Below the pieces are notes generated by a model. That model was not told the DNA's origin. It worked only from the letters and a program-made list of their open reading frames with translations, and searched no databases. Source: a virus (taxonomy: Duplodnaviria; Caudoviricetes). From it: DNA of 56,620 nucleotides. The position numbers and the translations under genes were made by a program. The stretch is taken from the IMG/VR virus record IMGVR_UViG_3300036835_000176, positions 1-56,620 of that record, one strand, 5' to 3'. Positions 7,639 through 15,867 of the stretch are shown in pieces (within the stretch, counting starts at the first letter, position 1; every line of letters starts with the position of its first letter).

Positions 7639-10155
7639 CTAGTAGTCCTTGATCGCGCCAGCGCGGCGTAGCTCGTCAAGGATGTAGGGCATGAAGCCGC
7701 GCACGATGGTACGCCCGTCGAGGTCAAACCGCGCCTCGCCACCGGATGCGCTACTGCCACTGCCACTGCTCGGCGCGACTGAGCCGAGCCGGTTGAGCGG
7801 AATCACTGCCTCTGGCACGTCGCCCACGCCGACGACTTGCGGACTCATGAAGATGCCGCCCTTGGCGTACCAGTCCACGTTCAGATGTGGCACCGATGGC
7901 GGGTTGATCGAAAAGCTACCGCCGATACTGAAATGGGGAAGCGGTATGTGTGGGATGGGAATGTGAAGTGAACGGAAGAAGCCAACTACCTTATCCAGCC
8001 CACCACGGAATAGCCCGACGAAATCGTTGATCTTGCCCGTCGCCATACTCACGAGACCGGATAGTCCCGCCGCAGCTCGCCCTGGCAAGGACAGGATTGA
8101 CGACACGATGCTAGAGACCATGTTGCCGATGATTGAATTGGCCTGGTCTTTCGCGCTCTGGAATCGCGCGATCAGGTTCAGCACGAACGAGACGGCATTG
8201 GCCAGTGCGTTCATGAGCGCATCGTGGATCGTGGTTCCGAGGTTCGAGAACCATTGGCCGAGCACCTGTATCCCGACCTGTGCGGCCTTGACTACCGCAT
8301 TCCAGACGCCGGACAGGAAATTACTCACTTCCGTCCAGTGCGTCACGAGCAGGATAATGCCAGCGATCAGGAGCGCTATCGCTGCGATGATGAGCAGGAT
8401 AGGCCACGTCGCGGCGATGGTGGCAGCCGCAGCGGCCCATCCTGCGGCGGCGTAGGCAATCAGTCCGGTAATTGCGGCAGCGATGCCACCCGCAGCGGCA
8501 GTGGCCATTGCCACCGCCTGCGCGATGACCGCCGGGATGAGGGTACCGAGCATCTGGCCTGCTGTAATGACCGCCTGTACGCCGGTCGTGATAAGCGATG
8601 CGACGAAGGACGCGACGACCTTCGCGCCGTTCACGACCGCTTGCGCTCCCGCCGTCGCCATAGACGCCACGAAACTAGCCGCAACCTGCGCGCCTGCGAC
8701 AACCGCTTGCGCTCCCGCTGTGGCGAGCGAGGCAATGAACGATGCCGCGATTTGCGCGCCCGCCGTGACCGCCGCAGCGCCCGCGCCGATGAGTGATGGC
8801 CCAAAGATGAGCGCCAGCACACCCGCGACGCCCGCGATGACGCCCTTCCACTCGTTGAACTTGTCTATCGCGCCCTGCGCCACGCCGGTCGTGAAGCCGG
8901 ATACCTGCGTGCCAAGGTCGCTAAAGAACTGGCCTACTGTGGATAAGCCAATTTGTACGCCAGCAACGGCGGCAGCCCATACGCCAGTGAGGAAGGTAGA
9001 GACCTCCGACCAGTGCTGTATGAGTAGCTTGATTCCGATGACGAGCAGCGTGATACCGGCAATGATGGCGATGATGGGCGCGGCGGCCACAATCGTAGCG
9101 AGGGCCGCAGCTCCAGCAACACCCGCCCATGCGATGAAGGCAGGCACAAGTCCAACCAGAATAGGCGCAGTCACGGCGGCGATACCAAGACCCAGTCCGA
9201 GTAGCACGGTCTTGACCATATCGCCGTTCGTGATGAGAAAGTCAATCCACGAACGCAGAGTAGTGAACGCGGCGATGGTCGCGGCAATAGCGGTTGGTAG
9301 GTTATTGGCCAGCGTATCCACGATCGGCATGATCTTATCAAGCATCTTGGTCAGCACTGGCAGGAGCGCGCCGCCGATGGTTTCCTGCACGTTGCCAAGT
9401 TTGCCCTGTAAGATAGCCAGCTTACCTGCGAATGTGCCTCCTGCCGCCTCAGCAGCCCCGCCGAATTCGGTGTTCAATTCCCCCAGGATGATTTTTTGCG
9501 CGCCAAGCACGTCATTGTGCTTCATCAGCGTTTCGATTTGTTTCTTCTGCGTGTCCGTCAGCTTGACGCCGACCTTTTGCAGCGCCGTCACGCCAGCGAC
9601 CGGATCATTCAGCGCCTTGCCCACTTGGATGGCGGTCTGGCGCAACTGCTCTGCGCTTGGAATAGCGCCACCGTTCATGGACGTGGCCATGTTCAGCACG
9701 GCTTTGGTTGCTGGCTCAAAGGCGGCGCTGCGAATTTGGGTAAACGTCGCCAGCATGTTTTCCGCGCCCTGGATCGCCTCGTCATCCGCGCCGGACAAGT
9801 CCATAAGGCGTGTCGCCAGGTCGCTGATGCTCTGCGCGGTCTGGCCGCTGATACCCTTGGTTGATTGCAGGACAGCGTTGGTCTGCGCCATGACCGACTC
9901 GGACTCAGCGGCGGCTTTGACGGTATCTATGATCCCGCCAACGAGACTCTGTACGCCGACCGTAACGCCCGCGATAGCCAGACCAGCGCCAACGAAGCCA
10001 AGCACACTCTTGGCAGCGCTAACGAAGCCTCCACCGCTCGCCTCAGCCTGTTTCCCCATCTTCTGCGTATCGTCGCCAGTTTGTTTGATTTTCCGCTCGG
10101 CGTCGGTATTGTCACCGAGAATCTTCACGACCAACTCTTTGAGTTCACCGCTCAT
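7639..10155 (-). CDS. Tape measure protein
   Basis: 838 aa Ala/Gly-rich; QVGKALNDPVAG motif; repeated amphipathic blocks; downstream of tail chaperones. Confidence 0.9.
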   Translation of the reverse strand: MSGELKELVVKILGDNTDAERKIKQTGDDTQKMGKQAEASGGGFVSAAKSVLGFVGAGLAIAGVTVGVQSLVGGIIDTVKAAAESESVMAQTNAVLQSTKGISGQTAQSISDLATRLMDLSGADDEAIQGAENMLATFTQIRSAAFEPATKAVLNMATSMNGGAIPSAEQLRQTAIQVGKALNDPVAGVTALQKVGVKLTDTQKKQIETLMKHNDVLGAQKIILGELNTEFGGAAEAAGGTFAGKLAILQGKLGNVQETIGGALLPVLTKMLDKIMPIVDTLANNLPTAIAATIAAFTTLRSWIDFLITNGDMVKTVLLGLGLGIAAVTAPILVGLVPAFIAWAGVAGAAALATIVAAAPIIAIIAGITLLVIGIKLLIQHWSEVSTFLTGVWAAAVAGVQIGLSTVGQFFSDLGTQVSGFTTGVAQGAIDKFNEWKGVIAGVAGVLALIFGPSLIGAGAAAVTAGAQIAASFIASLATAGAQAVVAGAQVAASFVASMATAGAQAVVNGAKVVASFVASLITTGVQAVITAGQMLGTLIPAVIAQAVAMATAAAGGIAAAITGLIAYAAAGWAAAAATIAATWPILLIIAAIALLIAGIILLVTHWTEVSNFLSGVWNAVVKAAQVGIQVLGQWFSNLGTTIHDALMNALANAVSFVLNLIARFQSAKDQANSIIGNMVSSIVSSILSLPGRAAAGLSGLVSMATGKINDFVGLFRGGLDKVVGFFRSLHIPIPHIPLPHFSIGGSFSINPPSVPHLNVDWYAKGGIFMSPQVVGVGDVPEAVIPLNRLGSVAPSSGSGSSASGGEARFDLDGRTIVRGFMPYILDELRRAGAIKDY

Positions 10156-10254
10156 GTTGGTCTGTCCTTGCTACTGGCTGTTACGCAGGCGAAACACTGT
10201 GCGTATGGATGAATAGAGCGCCTGATAGTCAGGCAAGAAAGGAGAGACAAGACG

Positions 10255-10638
10255 ATGGCAAAAACGACATGGGGCGACGTGGCGAAAGCCATGCGAGATG
10301 GGTCATTCAAACCGTGGGCGTGCGCTGAGTGCGGGCAGAAAAACATCAGCGCCAACAAGCAGGTATGCCCGAAGTGCCATATCGCGCGACCGGGCAGCGA
10401 CGCCGCAAATGCTGAGGCGGCAGAAGTCGCCAGCGGCCAGACGACGCGCACCTATGAGGGCGAGAAGGCGCGTGACGCCGGAATTGTCGAGATGAGCAAG
10501 CAGGGTTGGAAGGTCACGAGCGTCAACGCTTACCAGCCGCGTGCAGGAGCGGGTCGCATCGTCGCGCTTGGACTACTTGCGGCAGTGGCTAAACCGCCCA
10601 TGCGCTTCACAGTGATATTCGAGCGGGCTACCGCCTAA
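10255..10638 (+). CDS. Moron protein with RanBP2-like zinc finger
   Basis: WACAEC...N...CPKC; SD AAAGGAG; opposite strand within tail module. Confidence 0.7.
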   Translation: MAKTTWGDVAKAMRDGSFKPWACAECGQKNISANKQVCPKCHIARPGSDAANAEAAEVASGQTTRTYEGEKARDAGIVEMSKQGWKVTSVNAYQPRAGAGRIVALGLLAAVAKPPMRFTVIFERATA

Positions 10639-10667
10639 ACTTCCGGTTCTGCTCGCTCGTCTAAGAA

Positions 10668-10676
10668 TGGTAGAGT
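10668..10676 (+). promoter_or_regulatory. Extended -10 promoter (TGGTAGAGT)
   Basis: TGn-TAnnnT just upstream of structured leader. Confidence 0.4.
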
Positions 10677-10682
10677 AGAACT

Positions 10683-10769
10683 GCCGTCTAGGTTGGGAGT
10701 AATTAACCCAACCGAAAAGCCGTTCCCTAGCGGCCTGGCGGCGCACATTCTAGGGACCACCATAGGGAG
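10683..10769 (+). ncRNA. Three-way-junction leader RNA with loop complementary to downstream SD
   Basis: Stems GCCGTC/GGCGGC, GGTTGGG/CCCAACC, GCCG/CGGC; loop TTCCCTAG pairs with CTAGGGA (10750) and TAGGGAG (10763). Confidence 0.55.
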
Positions 10770-10777
10770 TGGCAACC

Positions 10778-11530
10778 GTGGAACCCTCTGCCTCCGCGTG
10801 TCCGTCAGGCATCTATGCCATTACCCACATCGCTAGTGGTAAGTGCTACATCGGCTCCACAAACAACTTTCGTCGGCGCTGGAGCGAGCATCGGGCAGAA
10901 CTGAATCATGGCAAGCATCATAGCAAGCCACTCCAGAACGCTTGGCGCAAATATGGGTCTGCCGCTTTTGCGTTCACCATCCTTGAGTATGTACCCGATC
11001 TTACACTGCTCATAACTCGCGAGCAGTATTACTTAGATACACGGCTCATTGCCAAAGGCAGCAGAGAATACAACGTTCTCTTGGACGCCACAAGCATGCT
11101 CGGACTGAAGCACACCCCAGAGACACGGGCAAAATTAAGCTGGCTCCTCAAAGGTCGAAGCATCACGTGGTCTGATAAATTGCGTGGGCGCGTTGTGTCT
11201 GAGGAAACACGTATCAAATTGAGCGAGAATGCCAAGAAACAAGCGCGCACGCCGGAAAGCAACGCGAAACGTTCTGTTACGCTGAAAGGTCGCCCTAAGA
11301 ATGCGCGCCTTACTGAGTTGGCGCGCGAGACACGACGCAGAAACATTCTCGCAACGCAAACGCCAGAGGCGCGAGCGAAGTCTATGCAGACGCGGCATAG
11401 TCGCCCACCAACTGAGAAACAATTAGCCTATTGGGCACGATTGAGCATTGAAACAACTAGGCGGAATCGCCAAGGAAGGCGCAAACCCTTGCGCGCCACT
11501 CAGCCATTCTTGTGGCCCGATGAGGATTAG
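10778..11530 (+). CDS. GIY-YIG homing endonuclease with NUMOD3-like repeats
   Basis: GIYAITH..CYIGST..RWSEH..EQYY..EYN; HTPETRAKLS and SEETRIKLS repeats. Confidence 0.9.
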   Translation: MEPSASACPSGIYAITHIASGKCYIGSTNNFRRRWSEHRAELNHGKHHSKPLQNAWRKYGSAAFAFTILEYVPDLTLLITREQYYLDTRLIAKGSREYNVLLDATSMLGLKHTPETRAKLSWLLKGRSITWSDKLRGRVVSEETRIKLSENAKKQARTPESNAKRSVTLKGRPKNARLTELARETRRRNILATQTPEARAKSMQTRHSRPPTEKQLAYWARLSIETTRRNRQGRRKPLRATQPFLWPDED

Positions 11531-11721
11531 CGCCTACGCCTGGCGGCTTCCTGCGCGTCCTTAGCTGCCTTATCCTTCATCATCAGCCACGTGATTTCCT
11601 CTAGGATGTCGCGGGCTGAGAGGCGGTCAAGCATGTCATCTACGGATAAGCCTTGATAGGACTCATCGCGTATTCTGTAATACGTTCCGAGTTCGCTATT
11701 CCTCAGACGGAAACTCCGCAT
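11527..11721 (-). CDS. Tail assembly chaperone, frameshifted C-terminal extension (gpT-like)
   Basis: GLSVDDMLDRLSARDILEEITW resembles gpGT tails; overlaps upstream ORF end; no SD. Confidence 0.65.
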   Translation of the reverse strand: MRSFRLRNSELGTYYRIRDESYQGLSVDDMLDRLSARDILEEITWLMMKDKAAKDAQEAARRRR

Positions 11722-12127
11722 CCGCTTGCGCGGCTTCCTCGATTCCGCTCAGGACGCGCGCCGTCTTTGCCAGCTTCTCCAGTGGCCCTGATCCCAGGTT
11801 CAGCAGACTATCGCGGTCTGTCGGCTCAAAGAGCAGTTCGCCGTCCTCAGGATCGCGCGCAGTCATAAGGACAATCTCAGCGGCGAAGCGCTCGTAATTG
11901 ATTTGCACTTGCCCCGGCGCTTGCCGTTGTCCTGGCTGTGCGGCGGTGATTCGCGTTATAAGATGTGCGCGTTCCTTCGCCGTGAGGGATCGCACAAGGA
12001 TGACGCACTTCGTCTCGCCCTCATCCCACTCAGGAACGTGAACTAATTCCTCAGGTAGCTTCGTCTGATTCAGCACCCTATCGCGTAGAGCGCTGAATTT
12101 GCTGTTTGCCTTCACCGCCATGCTCAA
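11696..12127 (-). CDS. Tail assembly chaperone (gpG-like)
   Basis: VPEW..VRSLTAKER..DGELLF..LSGI; between tail tube and tape measure genes. Confidence 0.8.
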   Translation of the reverse strand: MSMAVKANSKFSALRDRVLNQTKLPEELVHVPEWDEGETKCVILVRSLTAKERAHLITRITAAQPGQRQAPGQVQINYERFAAEIVLMTARDPEDGELLFEPTDRDSLLNLGSGPLEKLAKTARVLSGIEEAAQADAEFPSEE

Positions 12128-12150
12128 TCTGTCCTTTCACCTACCGGAAC

Positions 12151-12774
12151 TCAGCTTGCCCGGTAAAATACTTTTCCGTCCACTTCCCAGTCCAAATCCT
12201 CACCTATCGCATCCGCCACCGCGCTCTTGATGCTATTCGCCTTCAGGTAGGCGTAGGCTTCAAAGCGCTCGCCCGCGCTGAAGTGCGGGTAGAAGATCAT
12301 CACGAAGCGCGAGCCGAGCAGGGCGAAGAACGTGCCGTCCAGGTAGTATTGCGATGCCTTGCCCGTGGCGTCGTGCAGCCCGACGCGCTTGACCTTCCAA
12401 TCATCGCCAAACGTGGTGATGTCCAGAATGTCAGCGCTTGGCGACAGTTCCCAGTTGAACGCCTGGCCCACCTGCGAGATGGCGAGGTACTTCCCACTCG
12501 CGCGGATCAGGTCCGTTCCGCCGTTGGCGCTAGCGAACGTGACGACGCCGCCAACATAGTCCACGGTGTAGTTGGTAACGGTAGACCAGTTATCGCCATC
12601 GTCCGTGGATTTCTCTATCAGCAGCGTGGCGGTATCATCCCAGTACCGATGCGCGGTCGTCGTCGGCGTGTAGATGGTGTGGTCGCCACTATCCGTCATG
12701 GCCTCCTCGGTGAAGGTGACACCGGCGCCACTCGCCATATAGAGATCGGCTTGGTAGCCAGCAATCGCGGCCAT
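12151..12774 (-). CDS. Tail tube protein paralogue 2 (with internal insertion)
   Basis: NWELSPSADILDITTFGDDWK shared with 12806..13195. Confidence 0.75.
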   Translation of the reverse strand: MAAIAGYQADLYMASGAGVTFTEEAMTDSGDHTIYTPTTTAHRYWDDTATLLIEKSTDDGDNWSTVTNYTVDYVGGVVTFASANGGTDLIRASGKYLAISQVGQAFNWELSPSADILDITTFGDDWKVKRVGLHDATGKASQYYLDGTFFALLGSRFVMIFYPHFSAGERFEAYAYLKANSIKSAVADAIGEDLDWEVDGKVFYRAS

Positions 12775-12805
12775 GATCGTTGCTCCTTCGGTATCCGACT
12801 AGAAG

Positions 12806-13195
12806 CTAGCTGGCGTTATAGGCAATCGCGTCGTTGCCGTCCAGGTCTATGTCCACGCTCACCACGTCGGCCACGCCCGCCTTCGGGCTGACAGCCTTCA
12901 CGAACGCGGTACCCGTGAACGTCTGCGTCCCGTCAGGCGACAGCACGAGCGAGACGGTGGAACCGTTCAGGAACGCCGTCCAGAGCGCGAGCTGCCCGTT
13001 CGTGTCGCTGAAATCGAACTGGCCACTGACTTTCGCGGACCAGTCTTTCAGCCCGGCGATCTTGTTTTTCCAATCATCACCAAAGCTGGTAATGTCGAGA
13101 ATGTCACTGGACGGCGACAGTTCCCAACTGTTGAGCAGCACGACGGTGAAGGTGCCTATCTTCACACTGCCCTCATAGCCCACTACAGCAGACAT
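12806..13195 (-). CDS. Major tail tube protein (TP901-1-like)
   Basis: SWELSPSSDILDITSFGDDWK..GLKDWS..FTGTAFV. Confidence 0.8.
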   Translation of the reverse strand: MSAVVGYEGSVKIGTFTVVLLNSWELSPSSDILDITSFGDDWKNKIAGLKDWSAKVSGQFDFSDTNGQLALWTAFLNGSTVSLVLSPDGTQTFTGTAFVKAVSPKAGVADVVSVDIDLDGNDAIAYNAS

Positions 13196-13224
13196 GTGTT
13201 TCCTCACAATCCACTAGAGGCGCA

Positions 13225-13650
13225 CTAAGATGTCGCCTCGACCAGCGCCATGTAGCGCGTCACACCGTGCCAGGTGATTCCGTCTGGATCTTCGAGCGTG
13301 TCGTTGTAGTCGAGACGCAAATAGACGAGATGCAGCGTCGCCAGCGTCAGCGCTTGCCGATTGAGTAGCGCAATCTGGCTCGCCTGTATCGCCTGCGCTT
13401 CCGTCCGTCCCTTGTAGCGACTCCACACGTCGATCTGTAATGTCACGAGCCGGAAGCCGTCCGTAAACCCATCCGCCCATGTCTCGGAGAGCGCCGCGAA
13501 GGATTCAAACGGGAACATGGCATCCGTCGCGTCGGGAACGTGGTCATACACGCCCGTCACGAGCGCCATGTGGTCATTGTCGCCTGTCAGCGCGGCATAC
13601 ACGGCGTCTTGCAACTCAGGGCCTGCGGTGGTGATATTGAGAGCAGTCAT
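13225..13650 (-). CDS. Tail terminator (DUF3168/gp17-like)
   Basis: LQDAVYAAL..GVYDHVP..QIDVWS..DPDGITWHG. Confidence 0.85.
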   Translation of the reverse strand: MTALNITTAGPELQDAVYAALTGDNDHMALVTGVYDHVPDATDAMFPFESFAALSETWADGFTDGFRLVTLQIDVWSRYKGRTEAQAIQASQIALLNRQALTLATLHLVYLRLDYNDTLEDPDGITWHGVTRYMALVEATS

Positions 13651-13777
13651 AGGCGGCTCCTAGACCATGCGGATTTGCGGCCACCGTCAGGCAGGCGTCG
13701 CGTTGACTGTTTCTCACGACCGTAGGGGCCAACTTGCCAGAATCGCCTTACAATGCGTCTGGTATGGTTGAGCTTGC

Positions 13778-14266
13778 TTAGAGCGAGTCCAGCATCCGAT
13801 TCAGCGCCGTCGTCAGGTCGCGCACGAACTTGACGCTGACCGTATCGTGCGCCCGACTCAGCCACGGCCTTGCGCGGATACCCACCAGCCGTATCTTGCG
13901 GGCGATGAGGTAGCCGCTGCCCGGCGGGAAGCCATGCCTAGCGCCCCACCGCTCTAAGGGCGCGGATGGCGGCTGATGCTGTGCGAGTTTGCCCGCCGGC
14001 GCGGTGCCGAATTCGATAGCGGCGGCAACGGGATTCGGGCTGTACACTTCCGCGCCAAGCCCGCCATCACTGGCCCGGTAGCGGGTCTCTGCGCGCGCCT
14101 GGCCGGTATCCACGCCGCCTACGTCGCCAAGGTTGCGCTTGGCCTGCGTTTCCATCTCCAGGCCCGACGCCGCAAGTTGGCGTTTCATGACCTCTAGCCC
14201 CTGCTCGCTGGCCCGCTTGAGCGCCGCCTGTAGCTCAGGAATGCCCTCGATTTTGACGCTGGCCAT
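13778..14266 (-). CDS. HK97 gp10-like tail component
   Basis: VKIEGIPEL..VDTG..IEFGT..ARPWL. Confidence 0.85.
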   Translation of the reverse strand: MASVKIEGIPELQAALKRASEQGLEVMKRQLAASGLEMETQAKRNLGDVGGVDTGQARAETRYRASDGGLGAEVYSPNPVAAAIEFGTAPAGKLAQHQPPSAPLERWGARHGFPPGSGYLIARKIRLVGIRARPWLSRAHDTVSVKFVRDLTTALNRMLDSL

Positions 14267-14276
14267 AGGTCACGTC

Positions 14277-14480
14277 CTAGCGCATGCGACCAAGGCAGAG
14301 CGCAAGGCCTCTTTCCCGGTCGCCATACTCGTTCTTGTGCCAGGGTGATAGGTGGATGGCAACGCCGCGCCACCGACGCCCCTCTTGCGTGCGTCCGCCG
14401 CAACGGTCAACGATGGGCGCGCCCGTAGGCTGGATAACCGTTGTGAAAATGAAGCCGAACAAAACGTGTGCGCCTCGCAT
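14277..14480 (-). CDS. Hypothetical protein
   Basis: SD AGAGGAG; fills gap in operon. Confidence 0.5.
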   Translation of the reverse strand: MRGAHVLFGFIFTTVIQPTGAPIVDRCGGRTQEGRRWRGVAIHLSPWHKNEYGDRERGLALCLGRMR

Positions 14481-14490
14481 GTCGTCTCCT

Positions 14491-14862
14491 CTATGCTCCC
14501 GTCGCGCCGGGCACGTACTCGCATGTCAAGGTAATCCAGCGGTTCTGCTGATCTGGCCCGGTGATGCTGCGAATGTTGTAGCCCCGGCTGTCTGTCAGAT
14601 CCACGAGGCGCATAGACGCGGCAAGGGCAATCGAGCGCGGATACCGAATCTTGTAGCGGCGGAAATAGGTCGCGGTCATCTGCGCCGCGCGTAGCGTCTC
14701 GCTACCGGACAAATCCGTACGCTCCGCTCGTGTCGCGTAAACCGTTTCCCATCCTGCGTCCGCTTGCCCGCCGCGTGTATCCGGCGTGGTCAGGTGGCGC
14801 TCGATACGGATAGGCGTCCGCAGTTGCGGCATGGGGTCGCAACCGTTCTTGCGTGCGCTCAT
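14491..14862 (-). CDS. Head closure/head-tail adaptor (SPP1 gp16-like)
   Basis: LRTPIRIER..DTRGG..W..SGSE..IRY..YNIRSI..ITLTC. Confidence 0.8.
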   Translation of the reverse strand: MSARKNGCDPMPQLRTPIRIERHLTTPDTRGGQADAGWETVYATRAERTDLSGSETLRAAQMTATYFRRYKIRYPRSIALAASMRLVDLTDSRGYNIRSITGPDQQNRWITLTCEYVPGATGA

Positions 14863-15107
14863 ACGATGGTCACCTTCCGCGCCCGGCGGCGTTCCCTGCG
14901 TAGGCGCATGCGAAGCTGGCGCACTTCGCGCTCTAGCCGCTGCTCACGTTTTGGGTTATTCGTGGTTGTTGTCGTGATGATCGTCCAACCGCCCATTGCT
15001 GGCGCCCACGGCGCGATCTGCGGATTCCAAGGCGTGATGGGATATGGCTGTGGAATCGCCGGATACGTCGGCCAGTAGTCACCAGCGCCAAGAGGAAAGA
15101 TCGACAT
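14859..15107 (-). CDS. Hypothetical Pro/Trp-rich small protein
   Basis: SD GGAG; coupled to adaptor gene. Confidence 0.45.
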   Translation of the reverse strand: MSIFPLGAGDYWPTYPAIPQPYPITPWNPQIAPWAPAMGGWTIITTTTTNNPKREQRLEREVRQLRMRLRRERRRARKVTIV

Positions 15108-15129
15108 GAGCAATCTCCGCGCACGAAAT

Positions 15130-15257
15130 AGCGCCGCGAACGCCCGCCACCGTGCCGGGTAGCGAACGCCGCGACGCTCCTATATCAAGACGAAAGGCGA
15201 AGGGCGCCGGGCACGCAGGCGGAGAAAGGACGAAAGCACGCCTACGCCCCGGCGCTC
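15130..15257 (-). ncRNA. Tandem hairpins; first has an anti-SD-like loop, second is terminator-like
   Basis: GCGCCGGG/CCCGGCGC plus CGTAGGCG/CGCCTGCG enclosing TCCTTTCTC; 21-bp G-U-containing stem 15130..15178. Confidence 0.4.
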
Positions 15258-15258
15258 G

Positions 15259-15867
15259 CTAATCAAGCCGGTAATCCGCGCCATCATACACGTAGTGGCC
15301 CAAGTGGCCGCAGGCTACATCAAAGTCGCACAGCACCGGGAAGCCCGCCGCTTGCGCCTGTCGGCAGAAATACAGGTCTTCGCTAATCGAATGCTGGACA
15401 TCCGGCGCGATCTCAAAACGGAACCACGGCGGGTCAATCGCCTCCATGACATCGCGGCGGATGAGCAGGAAGCCCGCGCCAACGCCGTCCACCTCGCGCG
15501 CGCCCTTGCTCACGTCGCTTACAGGCGTGTAGCCGCCGCGCTCGTCACGCTCATACGCCACCGGATGCACCGGCGCGGCGCGAGTATAGTAGAGTCCTGA
15601 GGCTATCGGCGCGTCGTGGGCCAGCAGTCGCATCAGGCCGTCGCGTGGAGCTAACACGTCATCATCCCAAAAGAGCAGATGCGTCGCGCTACTGCCCACG
15701 AACTGCGCGGCAAGGATATTGCGCGCGGTGGCCACGTCGGTGCGCAGCGTCGCGCCACGGACCCATCCTGAGCCTTCGCCGCGCGGCTTGTCGAGCATGA
15801 GGAAGTTATCCAGCCACATGGGTTCTATCAGCCCGCCGTGTGGCGTGGCGATCATGATTTTACTCAT
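15259..15867 (-). CDS. GT2-like glycosyltransferase
   Basis: IMIATP, ARN, HLLFWDDD, GAGFLLIRR, SEDLYFC, CGH. Confidence 0.8.
   Translation of the reverse strand: MSKIMIATPHGGLIEPMWLDNFLMLDKPRGEGSGWVRGATLRTDVATARNILAAQFVGSSATHLLFWDDDVLAPRDGLMRLLAHDAPIASGLYYTRAAPVHPVAYERDERGGYTPVSDVSKGAREVDGVGAGFLLIRRDVMEAIDPPWFRFEIAPDVQHSISEDLYFCRQAQAAGFPVLCDFDVACGHLGHYVYDGADYRLD

Noticed and set aside
8483-10216. 577-aa plus-strand ORF
   Set aside because: Antisense shadow of the tape measure gene; GC-rich codon bias suppresses stops; no SD or motif
10200-11530. Group I intron around the GIY-YIG gene
   Set aside because: Flanking tail genes are intact, the insert is antisense and intergenic, and no P7 core was seen
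13647-13865. 72-aa ORF bridging gp10 and the tail terminator
   Set aside because: Overlaps gp10, no SD, no recognisable features
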